Below are positions 12,170 to 25,115 of a stretch of 64,000 bases of DNA, in pieces; the first letter of the stretch is position 1, and each line of letters starts with the position of its first letter. This DNA is from Marsupella aquatica. Its lineage: Eukaryota; Plantae; Marchantiophyta. The DNA lies in assembly GCA_973895155.1 (NCBI GenBank), contig OZ316894.1, positions 6,906,234 to 6,970,233 on the forward strand. Direction: 5' to 3'. The position numbers were made by a program, and so were the translations under genes. The notes beneath the pieces were generated by a model. That model was not told the DNA's origin. It made no database searches and saw only the letters and a program-made list of their open reading frames with translations.

Positions 12170-14400
12170 ATTCATGTCTTTCGCTCGTCCGGACACACCA
12201 AGTTAACCACTTTCTGAAGGAATTGAAGGGGTTTAGATCCTTTTAGAGTAGCTCGTTGGGACGCACACGATTCCCTTACAACTCCATGAACGTAGAAACC
12301 CTTATCTTGGAAGGGGATGCATTGTAAAGTCAATCTCATATTTGCTCTGACAATGTCAGACTGACTAGTTTGACACAAGTAGGAATCCAATGTCATGATA
12401 TGCCTTACCAAGACATGATATGAACATTGCAAAAGTAGATAGAATTTTCTTTATGTAATGACAATCACGCCTCAAAATGCCTAAGGTCTTGGAAAGAACC
12501 GTTCACCTTAACGATAATTCAGGGTTTTCGTATGTTCATCAAAAGAAATGAAAGATCATAGAAAAGCTAAAGGAGAACCCTTTCCTAGTTGTATGTTTTC
12601 AAAAAGGAAGTTGAAAATCAGTCAAAGTGGCGAAAAGAACGTCACCTCTTGCCGAAGTGTGAAAACTTTATCTACTTTGAATCCATATGGTCCCCCTCAT
12701 CTAACGTTCAACACAGTGACGGAGACCACTCTAGAGAAAATTTCTACACTAGTATGCTTTTAGCATGGACAAAAAAACCTTCAACCCTCTGCACATATAA
12801 TGATCGAAAGTTGATTTTCTGAAGACCATCCTCAATTCCGGGCTCTTCTGTAGAGACAGCATTGGTGAAGGAATTTGGAATCGACTGGGTTGTCCAGTAC
12901 TACCGAAAGGGAGTTAAGTCACAGCAAAGAGATGTGCCCTCTGTTCCATGGACATGAAGAAAAGAGAAGTTGAATCATCAGAAGAGCGACCTTGTTTCGA
13001 AGATCTCTGGTCTTAGTAACATGTCACATTTGTGGAAGACAGAGGAAAACGTGAAACTTGGGCTCAAATAACAGCCATGGTCGATGAAAATTCAGCAAAG
13101 CAGCGCATTGCACTGGTCCGAAACAATGCGAAATCAAGGTATTAACTTAGCTGCCCTGCGAGCACGAGCACATAGAAAAGAACAAATGTCCAAAAGCGAT
13201 GGCTATGGGCATGTTTCGTACTTTGACAAAACTGCGAACCGTTCCAGACAATAATATGATGGCAGTCATCGTAGAAATTGTTGACAATCCGTGGTCAAGC
13301 AATCAATCCAAAGCCAAGGTAATCTCTCGTAAACACCCAACTCAATCAGTAGTTCCGAAAATGCATTTTGGAGAGCAACGCAATGCATCTCACACCCTCT
13401 CTAAACCGTGGAGAACATGTTGTGTCTAGAAATTGGGATTGGACGTTGTTCTTGTCAGCTAATCAGTGAATAAATGTTTACATTGCTAAGCTCTGCATCC
13501 AAAATGTAGCACTTCTTGTTCTCTTGATACATAAGACACCCAGCACGTCGTTGCCTCGGGGAGGGGAAAAACTGAGAGTTGTTGAGGAGTAACAGATTTG
13601 TCGGCATTACAAGTTTGTGTGTTTTCGTAAAGCACCTCCAAGCCAAACGAGTAGATAACGTCGTGGTTTCTATTGGAGGGTTCTTGCTCAAATGGTGTTG
13701 TATCACTCTAGAATTATAAATTGTGAGCATGTTGACGTTATTACTAGTCTAGAAGTTGACAGTTGGCATATTATTCAGTTGGGAAAATCTTAACACGAGT
13801 CTTGCATTAGGTCATATACAAAGTGATGTTCTCCTTAGTTTCACTAGGCACTATATAGTAGAGGCATGTTTCCTTTCCAAAGCTAATTTATTAGGGTTTC
13901 ATAAGATTACTCACTACTCAGCCCAACATGAACTGATCTTATTACAATTGTTTCTTGTGCAAAACGGTTCCAATGTTGTCTTGCTGCGCATGATAGGATT
14001 TTTAGTGAGAGCCAATTGTGTAAATTGCTCAACTGTTTCCAGCAAGAGGAATCAAAGGCATTGGGTCTCATCTGAATTTTTTGCTCTAAAGTCTAGTGCC
14101 GTCTTTTGGGGTGGTGTAATTCCCCACCACTTTGCAGTTATCGTTGTCTTTGCAGCAACTTCCACCTCACCTCCTTCCATTAGCTTTGGGATTTCATGTC
14201 GAAATAATTGCTTCGATCTAATTGCGTAGAAGAAATTGTTGGAAGGATAGCCATGGACAATTTCATCACTTGGATAAGTTGTCTGTTGAATATTTGTCAA
14301 TGCTCTCTAAATAACCGCCATGTGCAATTGTTATGCAGCCTTTCCTCAAAACATGACTTGGAAGGAGGATGATATTCCAATTGATGATTACGTATACAAT
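12170..14400 (-). pseudogene. Possible heavily decayed L1-type LINE ORF2 remnant
   Basis: Only weak ORF2-like fragments (FFYAIRSKQ..EIPKL; PRQRRAGC resembling RGVRQGC) among many stops. No intact motif. Confidence 0.3.
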
Positions 14401-15245
14401 ATCTTTCCGAATGCATGGATCGCTTGAGCCATATGGAGCTTGACCAGAGTCGTCTCACAACTCTATTTAGAGCACTACAAAGGATGGCTGCCCACGTATC
14501 TGTATGATATTATTTTGTGTAAGAGCAGTAAATACGTTTTATCAATCAATCACATAGGAATTGTGGGCAAGAGATGCTTATGATATAGGAGTAATTCTAA
14601 TTGAGAGAGAGCTTGGAAAGGGACTTCTCTCTAATATGCCACTCATGGAAACTGGGCAAGATGGTCGTGGGGGTCAGCCTTACAGCTACATCCATGGGCA
14701 CCACAGTGAGAAGAGCAGTGGACCAAAGACTCCCAAAACACCGAATTTTCGGGAGGCAGTCCCAAACTGTCCCGAAATGTACACGAGTGGGAGAAGCAGC
14801 CGAGAAAAAACTCCTAGTGCAAGGCATGTCAGCGGGGAGAAAACCCCCAATATTTATGAACGTCGATTGGTGCCATCAAGTGGTCGTTCAAGCACCGAAA
14901 AAACTCCACGAGAAATTGAGTACCACGCTCCTCTCCAAGAGGACAATCGGACTGTGGAGAGGAAACGATCGTCACATAAACGTACGCTCCACTTCGAACT
15001 GGGGCAGCTATTCATTATATCTTACAGTAGAAATCTGGCAGGGAATCCACTACAGAATTGGCAATAAAATCTTTCGCCATTACTCTGGTAAAATTGATTG
15101 GATTTTATACACTTAATTTTGGAGATCAAATGGTTTTCGAATGAAGTGACATTCTCTGTGGGGTTAAAGCATCAGTGGATTTTTTCGAACTGCACTGGTT
15201 GACTCGTCGATCAAGCCACTGGCTTTTGTAATTCATTGAACTGAT
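14400..15245 (+). repeat. Copy 1 of a ~0.85-kb dispersed duplication (upstream region + exon 1 + intron start of the coiled-coil gene)
   Basis: Aligns colinearly by eye with 31550-32400, e.g. TCTCACAACTCTATTT, CTAATATGCCACTCATG, TAGAAATCTGGCAGGGAATCCACTA. Confidence 0.9.
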
Positions 15246-18200
15246 ACCAAAGTTTCATGTTGTGAGCAAAACTTTGGAACGGCTACTTTTAGAGTTGAAG
15301 AGCTTAAGACTGGTCTTCGGTAATGCGTTAATTGATACCGCCTGTGTGGCCCCTCTGTGAGTACAGCATTCGTGTACTTGGTCTCTCCCGCTGTGTAGGT
15401 TACTTGGGTCTACTTGAGTTTGCACCGGCTACTTTTCATTTTCAATTGGCTATCCGAGAGTTTGATTCGCTGATACCTTCCTGCATCAGGCAGGAAGGCT
15501 GCCCATGAACTCCTTCAATTTAGAATAAAAGTAGTTGTAGCTATTGAAGTCATCTTTCGAAATCAACCTGTTGGTAATGAGCAGAACAGTAATGAACAGA
15601 TATTGAATATTAGAAGATCTAATCGTCAGAGGTTGTTACAATGAAATTGCAGGCGAGAGGTCCTACGAACGAAGAAAGGCTTATGAAGATGATGAAGATG
15701 AAAGACACATGTACAATGAAAGGCAGTTGATCGTAGCTCCTCTCGCGAGTACTAAATCAATCCCAATCTCCAGAAAACAACAAGAATATGGAAGGTGATC
15801 ATGCACTCGTCTACCACCTCCTACGGTAGTACAAGTTGTGACGTAGCATATGTTTTAATCTTGATATGGCTTGTAAACTCTTAAGTTGTAATGATATAGT
15901 CTTGTCGTGTCGAAGAATTGTCACGAATTCGTGAAAAACTGTTCAAGTTAGCTTCTTTCAATCAAACGATGACAATTCTAAGCAAAAGCCAGTGCCTTCT
16001 TTCTTTCTGGCCTCGAATTAAGTCAAGTTGTTGGACTTCGAACGTTGGGCATGTACAAAGTAGAAGACTCCAAAGCAAAGTGTCTTGTGGATTTTTGGTT
16101 ACAGAATTTCATTTCACAACCTGAAAATAGAAGTACCTAACTTGCAGGGCCGCGTCTACTCCCTCTCGAAGGCACCGGCTTTCGAGATCAAGAGGGTTTC
16201 ATAGTCCAGGACATAGAACCATTTATGATGAAGGGAACGACGGTAGTGAGGAAGAGGATTCTGTTTGCTCAACGTTCAGAGGTCAGTGGAATTCCAGTCC
16301 ACCTGGGGTAAAGACGGATATCATCTCCAGTTCCCAAGTCTCAGTGGTGCGACGATTTGTCCAAGCTCAGGCCCAAGCTTTGGGAAAATACAATGATTCA
16401 AAAGAGAACTGCAATCATGACGAATGGGACTCAGACATTAAGAAACCCAAGTCGACAAAGAATCTCACCCACCAAAAAGCGATTGCTGCTGTCCTCGCCT
16501 TTCAACGATGGCGACACACACAACTCAAGGTTGGAGCACTAATATCATAACTACAGAATAAGTCCACATGTTATGGTTGCAAATCAGTACTGACATCAGG
16601 AAACGCAATTCGTTCTCTACATGTAGGGAAATTCGAGTCACCGTTATTCTAAAATCCTCACAAATGCTTCAATTCTGTTTCTTCCCTCGAGCTAAATGTA
16701 CAGCTGTTAATGTGAGGTAGAAAGTTAATTCTGAAATCCACACTACATTGTGGTGCCTTCAAACTCTCCATGATGCTCTTTGTTATAATTTGTGTCTGGC
16801 CACTGGCTTCAGATTTGTTTTAAAGAACGGACAGGTGCCCACTGAACACAGGATCAGAGATCTTAACCTGTATACCTCTACCTGCACTTGTGCTGCCCTT
16901 TCAGAAACTATTCAGCATGGAGCTGAAGAATGTATTAGAGGAGGCACAGGAAGATGAGGCATGTTTGGCACAATTGGAGAAAGAGCTTGCAACAAAGGAC
17001 AAGCATTTGGCGCAACTACGAGCACAAGTAGCTCAACATGAAAAACAATCTCATGAGCAAATGAATCAGAGGCAGATGCACGAGTTGCTTGGCGCTAATG
17101 TAATCACAACCCTCCTCATTCCTATGCACACCTTCAAATAGGGAGAAGGTGTGGATTTATGTATACGTTTGAGATTAAGAGGGTAAGGCTGGAATAGCTC
17201 GTATATTATGATTTCTTGCTGAAACAAAGAGGGTCCAGCTTTTTGAATAATGGATAGCATGTCCGACTTATTGGAAAGGACACATGATTAGACTATAAAC
17301 AATGACTGAAAGCTTCTTTCTCGGGGCCACTCCAGATACAAGGACTGTTTCACAACTGCAAGTCCCTACTTTGAATGCCATTGTGAAGGTTCAAGAGCTC
17401 GAGAAGGAGTGTCAGAAGGCATTGGAGAGAGCAAGCTTAGCAGAGGACGTTCTACGAAAGCGTGATGCCGAAAATGTTCGGTTGAGGGAGCGTTTGAGAA
17501 GTCTGGATGAGGAGGGCGTGAGACTTGATAGTGAACTACAAGTAAACTTGAAGTTGCTTCAAAATGAGAAGGAGAGTGCCCTCGACGAAGGGAGAATACT
17601 TCTTGCTCAGGTATATATTTTGTTCAAAGGACACTTTGTGATGCGCCGAGTGTTCCGAGTGTTCCGAGTGTTCCTAGCTTGTGAAAATTCATTTGAGGGG
17701 TAAGCTCGTGAGGGACAAATGGTTCACAATGCCGTGCAGCTCACTCGAACCTCGTCGTGCAGCTCACTCGAAGAGACGAGGAGGTTGCACAACAATGTAA
17801 GGAAATTGAGAAGTTGCGAGCCACAATCGCACAAATTTCTGATAGGCAAACCTGCCAACAAAAACAAGTTGATGATATGAAGGCCGACCACCATACTCAA
17901 GTGCAAAATCTGCAAGATAAACTTCAGCAGGCATATGCTGCCAAGCACGCCAAAGAGGTAATCTTAGTTTTTTTCACATTTTATTTAATTTCCTTCAAGT
18001 ACACTTTAAACTCGCCAATGATGCTAATAGGTATGCGAGCGTTCTAAAGGTTTGAAATTACTGACTGTAACTATTTAGGTAACCAGGATTCTGCTTGAGT
18101 TCCAATGAGATTTTCATGTTGGGTTGATTTTCATTTGAACCTCAAAATCCTAACTTTTTCGAATTGGACACCCACAGACCTTTGTATTGATGGATGAAAT

Positions 18201-21200
18201 ATTTTACGACACTATAATCACTGTTGCATGCTAGAAAATAATACTAATAAGTTAAGCATCTTCAGTAAGTTCGACGGTAGAACTTACGTGATGCCCACAG
18301 ACCTTCAGAACTGGATAGGTCACTAAGCGTAGCCAAGACTCGTATGCGCTAAAGTAGGGAACAGAAAAGACAAAAATACATTCTGAAACACTATGTACGA
18401 ATGGTATCATGTCAAACAACAGACTGAGCTTGCATCTTATGCTGAAAGATGCAATGGGCTAGGGCAAGAACGGCAGAATTTGCTTGTGCAGCTTCATCGT
18501 GCTGTAGAGCGTGCAGATCTCGCTTCAAGACGTGCAGAGGTTTTACAAAACTTACATTTCTTCTGCTTATCAATTCCCCAGTATCTCGATCAGAAAGCTG
18601 AAAGCACACCAAGTCTATTAAACCTCACTTAGTACTACAATCAAAACTTGTGACATTTGTTTCACAGTCAGTAGTCACAAAGGAAAGAAGATCTAGTGAG
18701 TCAGTTATCAGTCATTTAGTTGGTAATGACTAATGGAGCAATATCTCTAGTATGATGGTTTGTTCAGTAATTATGATTCGGCGAAAACTAAAGGCTAATT
18801 TACGATGTGCATGCATGTAATGCTACAAGCATTCTGAACCATATTAAAATACATCACCAAGCTTTGTTTTGGTTTGGAGTCAAATTGATTGATGACTATG
18901 GACAATGAAGACATCCATTCTCACTTCCAGTGCACGACCTGATATACACTTTTCAATAATGTTTGGGTGTCTTGGGCGACAGGAACTCCAAATGAAGTTG
19001 CATTGCACAACTGAGGAACGTGCAAAAGCATCTGCAGATGTTGCTACAGAAATGGTCGAACACTTGAAACGGTTGACAGGCCACATGAAGGAACTGGAAA
19101 CATCTGTAGATCAGAATGGATTGATATGCTTGCCGCCTGGTTTGCAAACAAAGGCTGGCTTAGCAAAGATCTCAACAAAACTGGCTCAAGCAGAGCTAGA
19201 TACTTTGAATCTCTTATCTCAGACAGAGAGCTGTGAAGATGACCAGGGAAGCCATGTACCTTTCCCAGAGGTCGAAGGAAACAGAAGACAAGTGTGCTTT
19301 TCTGTAGACAAAAAGAACAGACGGAGGTCGGAAAAATCTTCGTCTGCTATGACTCCCCTTCCAAAAGGTGCAGCTGACCCTTGTAATATGTGCGTGATTG
19401 ATCGAGATATTGCGTTGACAAAACTCAAGAATTGGACTGCATGGAAGTGGAGGTGGGCTGCTTCAGCTGCACGGGCAGACAGCTTGTTGAGGCAACTACA
19501 AGATCAACAAACGACGCAAGAGTCCAAATTTTATAGAGAGAGTGAGGGAGAAATTGTTCAAAGAGGAGGCAGTCCCTTGCGGGGTCCATCAATGGGGTTG
19601 GTGAAGAAGCTTGAGTCATCCCAATTCAACAACATAAATATCCTTGACGGAGACAAAGTTGGTGCTTTCATCTTGAAGCACAAACTGGTTCCTCTAATGA
19701 TGTCTGCATGGCGGGCTTTTGCGAGAATGTCAGGCTTGGAAAGGAAGGCTACCTCCCGAAATGAATCTTTGAATAAGATCATTTCTGCTCTCCCTTGGTG
19801 GATTAGGCGCGTTGGAGAGAGAAGGGTCATGGAGAGATTTTTTTTCCACTGGCAATTGCTCACGTTGAAGGCTACGCGGGAGAAGTCAAATCCAAGTTAT
19901 AGGAGAAAGATAGTCCCATTTGTGAATTCTGTCTGTCAAACCAGAGGAAGGGATCGGGAAGGAGACCCACCTCAACCTCAACCTCAAGCGCCTGCGCCTG
20001 CGCAAACTAAGATCTCAAAGACTCCCATTCCAGTTCCTGTTAGAGATGTCGAGGTACTAGCAACTGATATTCATTATCCACTTATCAGTGCAGTTGAACG
20101 CAAAATTCCTTTGCAAAGAACGATTTGTTTGCATGTTTATGTCAATAAATTAGCCTCTCCCAATTATATTCCATCAGTGATTATCATTCAATTAATTTTC
20201 GTGAAGACGCAGTCAAAAATACGTCTGGCGGAAATGAAGCCACAAGGACGGGTGGTTCCGTTTACGACAAGAGTCGTCTCAAGGACAAGCACTTTGTTTG
20301 AGACGATTGCGTGAATGTTCTAATTTTTTATCGGCAGCAAGAGAGCAAAATGAACCGAAGTACTGATTTGTGAGATGAAACATGCTTAGGTACAAACTAC
20401 AGCCATATCGACGTCACGAGTGGAAACGGATGGGAGACTTAGAACTCTCACCTACGGAGCTGCGGAAGAGGAGAGGAGACAAAGATCACCCATCCACAGA
20501 CCAATGGAAGTGGAAGGGAAACACAGGACATCCATATATGGAGCAATAGAAATGGATGGGAGACATCGAAGTCCTACCCCAGGAGCCAGTCCTCTCAGAT
20601 CAGCGAGTACTCGCTTTTCTCAACGGGCCAAATCAGAACCCAAGACGACAGCAGCGTGTCCCACATGTGAAATTCGTCGGAAGTATTCACCAGGAGGTCT
20701 CCAACAGCGGTTAAGCTCTAATTCCAACCCCAACGAGAAGGCTGATCCGAAGACTGCGAACGTCCATAATTCGACCTTCACAGCAAGAGCTTTGCGTGCT
20801 CTGCAGGTGTGTGCCTACTGTGCTGGTGAGAAGAATGCACATACAGTTCATTCATTTGTAACGCCGGTGCTCTTTCGTCACATGATCCTAGAATTTCCTT
20901 GAAAAAAGATTCGAAGTAAATGTTAGGAAGGTTTCCTGTATCATCTTCAGACTCGTTTCCCTCGTGAACTCCCGCGTGAACTGTCACTCTTGTCTTTAAC
21001 TAGAGTCCTAAATCATTCCCACACTCCATACAAAATAGTCGAGACAAAATAATCGAGAGAAACGTTGCATAATATTCTCCGTCTCTGTCACGTCATCACA
21101 GGGCTCTTTGCAGCAAGAACTCAAGGAGCTGCAATTCCTACTTTCCCAAGAGATGGAGGACATGCAGCAGGTTCTCACTTTTCTACCTCAAATTGGGGAC

Positions 21201-23234
21201 ACATTATTGGGATACAGGCAGCAGGAAGACAATTGACGCATCAATTATGGGATTACAGTTAGTCATTTCAAATAATCTGAGAGAGAGGCACGATCAGCAC
21301 ATCGAATATGGATCATTTTTCTTAGTGACCCATATTTTGATTATCAGTTTATATGCAAAAGCATCACAAGGTACTGACGTGGTTGGTAAAAGGTGATGCA
21401 GATGCCGGTCGATGGACAGGATCATGAGGACGGGGGCGGTGGTGCGGAAATCAACAGGCAAGCATTGAAGTCTGTCTTCGAAGTTTGTAACAGCCTAGCG
21501 CAGGCTCTGGTGGAAGTCCGCTCGCAGTTGAATTGTACAGAAAATCAAGGGAATAACACTCCAAGAGGGTCATCTCCTCTTCCCATTCCTCGGGTCCCTC
21601 GCACAAGGTGTCCAGACTTGAGAGACACACTGGATGCGGGAGGAAGGGGAAGAGTGTCATCCTCCTTGCCCAGAGAAAAATTCACTATGGGAAGGCAATC
21701 TAACAATTCCGAAGAGACGAGAACTCCTCGTTACGCGTCGCCCATTGGGCGAGACAACGGCGCACGCTTCAGCTCTCCCGGCTGGCGCTCTCAAGAAAAA
21801 TCTGCAACGAGTGCCAGAGAGCCGTGGAGTCGTGTTGGATCCCCAGCTAGAGCCGGCCAGCTCCGGGAGCGTGAAGCAAGAATCCAGGCTCCTTCAACCA
21901 TAAGGTAATAGTTTCTTCAAAATGGGAATTATGATTTTCTCCAAACTCGATACTTGACTGGATGCTATTTCAACTGTCCAGCTTCTTTAGTACGTCTCAT
22001 ATTTTAATTCTGTGCTGGATACTTCCTTGAGAGGCAGGGTCCAATTTGGAGATGACCATAGACAATTGGGACAGTGGTGGTTGAGTTCAAATTCCACAGA
22101 TCACTACTGGATTCATTGCCGCTAGGAGATGATACTCTGTTGTGTCCCCTTTAGTGCTAGTGAATCATGCACCTTGAGGTCCCTACCTTCCACAGCAAGA
22201 AATAATCAGCTGCCCACAGAACCGAAACACTCAATTTTTGCTGGAATAGGAGGATTCACTTCAAAGGAGAATTATTCATTTGTGATTTGGTGACCTTCAC
22301 CAGGGAGCTACGAGAATTTCGAGCTCGGCAAGATCGACAGCAGCATGCATATGAGAACAATTATCCAAGGAGTGGCCGTCAAACTCCTCAAGACAGAGAA
22401 GGGGAGATAGAGGCTAGCGGGAAAGAGCAACAGAGGCAGGCCAGAAGAGACAGTGTTGTGCGATTCTCTGGAGACGAAGCGAAGGCTTTGGAGAGAAATG
22501 ACTACGAGGAGCAGCTAGCCATGCGCACCCCCAGATCTTTATCTAAGCAGCTTCCACCCGAACCAACTCCCCCTGATTACACTACAGTGGTGCAAATCTT
22601 GAACACGGAGAACACCAAGATCGGAGAAGTAGCCATCCACACTTCCGCTGTGGCTACTGCTGCTGCTGCTGAGAGGCCCTCCGACCGAGGGGGCATAGCA
22701 GATCTGTGCAGCAGCGCTAGGGACGCCATACATGCTGAAGAGCAAACCAACAAGGTCTTAAAAGAATTGGAAATACAAAGACAACAACAGGAACAGCCTC
22801 AGATACAGCAGCATCCGAGTATGCCTCAAAAATTTGCAGACGCGTCTATGTACAAGGCTCTACAACCACATCATAATATGCCCAAGTCTGCTCTCAAATT
22901 GCCTGCTCGAGGGCAGAGCACGCCGCGGGAGCGATCACGCTCCCATCACGTGTTGAAAAGACCTGTGGATCTGAACACTAGATTAGATGACACCTGTTTT
23001 CTTTCGTTGAGGAGAAAGCAGTGTATTGGCTCGGATTATGCGGACCTTCTGAAGTCCGAAATAGTTCGGCTACGCGAAGGCAGATTGATGCTCGAGGACT
23101 GCCAAACCGTTGGTCAGGGAGATGGAGGAGATCTCATGCTACCCCGCGAGTTGACCCCTCGCTCTTCATTCTTGGCAAATAGGCCAAGCTGGAGACCTCA
23201 CTACACTGCTCCTACTACCACTCACAAGAAGTAG
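14636..23234 (+). CDS. Large multi-exon coiled-coil protein of unknown function
   Basis: A chain of same-strand ORF blocks is bounded by GT/AG sites (about 14636-14980, 15653-15793, 16148-16528, 16917-17070, 17389-17610, 17763-17957, 18420-18539, 18982-20052, 20391-20806, 21101-21170, 21402-21903, 22303-23234). Central exons are E/K/Q/L heptad-rich; the termini are S/T/P/R-rich and disordered. Confidence 0.75.
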
Positions 23235-23264
23235 GCAAGGATGGTCATCAATTACCTCATTCTT

Positions 23265-24400
23265 TTATCCACATCGCTGTCCTTCCCTGGCCCATGAGAT
23301 AATCAACTGTGAAAGCTGGCATGAACCAGGTGAACAAAGCAACAGCCAACCCGGGCCTGCACAATTATGTTCCCAAATTGGTGCGAGCATTGTTTGCAGG
23401 CTTTGTACAATAATAGCCACTCCTGCACACCTGTGCTCCAGCAATTGTTCGGGCATTGCAGAACCTTGAGCTGCTATTGCCAGGCTAGTCTCCATTCCAA
23501 GCAAGTCGAATTCCCGAGAGTTTTGTAGGCCTTGTACAATAGTCAGGATCCCCTCCTCTCGAGATAATTTCTGGCAATAATGTTCCGGCTGACCGTCCCA
23601 TCTGCTAGGTCCCGATCTGCATAGTTAAACCTGCTCCTTGCAACACTAGTGAATTCTAAGAGACCCAGTTAAACAGTAACGCGGGGTTCGTTGTTTTTAG
23701 GACTGTACCAGAACTGTGGACGTATACACTTCCAGCCTCAATGCGGGTATTTCACAGCTGCGAATGTCTAAGCCGGCTTTAGTTGAGCACCACAGGCCGG
23801 GTACGAGCTTCGATTTCACAGTTCCACACCTACAGCGCGAACAAGAAGTAGAACACGTTGTTCAAGTGATACATGCGGAGACAGAAAGTATCCGAGCAAG
23901 AATTACATCTTCCATTGGTTGCTGTGGAGGTCATCATCACTTGCGAGGACTGTACCAGCTTCTTCTCCAGATAATTAAGCGTTCAGAAAGTGAAAACTGC
24001 GATTGATTGCCCCAGCTACGCACCGTATCTGTGATCGCAAAAGCTCCCATTAGAAAGGCTCAGTTTGTACTGCACGGAAATCCGTTTGTACTGTCCTCGG
24101 CCAGGGTCGACATTCTGTCCATCGGAGGACAAGGTTATTTAATTGCATGAACGTCACCAGCACATGAATTGAACTTGTTCTGGTGTTTACATGTGTTTTG
24201 CAAATAGTACGTTTTCTCGTCTCGCAGCACGGAGTTACCGAACGGACCAGCCTATTTGGGGTTAGGTCGATCAGTCATCTCCGATGATGCCGTGTCATCG
24301 GAATTGGAGTACTTGCAGGACAATTTTGTGGACTACTGCAGATGGATAGCTTGCTTGTGATGATGACGGCTCCGTGCAATCAAGTGCTGCTGTATCGCGT
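23265..24400 (-). pseudogene. Decayed RNI-like leucine-rich-repeat gene fragment
   Basis: Minus-strand translations repeat LRR_RI-like units (EGILTIVQGLQNS, GVAIIVQSLQT, LDIRSCEI..STVLVQS*) that are broken by stops and frameshifts. Confidence 0.35.
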
Positions 24401-25115
24401 TTGTCTAATTGAGTGTCACGAGAAACGTCCCTCACAAGGTGTGAGCTTTTCTTTGTAATTGACGTAGACGAGGGTACAAATGAAACTTCGTGATCAGCGA
24501 CATACTTGAAGCTCTGTCCTTATGACGAGAAATCTGTTGTGCAATTTTCTAAATTGCTGCTCAGAGGGAATTTCAAGTTGCCCGGAGATGACTTGCTAGC
24601 AATATTATTAATCTTTCTGCATCCAAATTCTCGACAAGGTCAAGCAATTCGTCCTCCAAGATATGATCAAATGTAATGGACAACGCATTAGAAAGCAATT
24701 AAATGAAATGGCGCATGAGAGGAACCAAACGTCAAGCCTGCCAAAGGAAATTTGAAACCATTATGTCCAATCTTGACATGGCGCTGCAACGATGAGCTTC
24801 CAAAAACAAAAACTGAGGTTAGAACTCTACGAGCTGAGCATGTTATGTCAACTAGAGCCTTGGTCAGGAACTTGCTCCAGCAGGCTGTCGAGAGTCGTGA
24901 TTGCTATGGAATTGGTCAAAATCGATCTTGATTCGAACGATCCGACTCTCTCTTGTACTGAGATATATGATGTACGTAGTCATTATTAAGCATTAACCAC
25001 TACCTGAGCCAAGCCATCAATGAGGCTTTCAACAAAATTAAGTGCCGTACATGATCTCCTTTCGAATTTCGACTCAAGCCAGTGTTACAGAAATGAAGTT
25101 AGTTCTGCTAAAACT

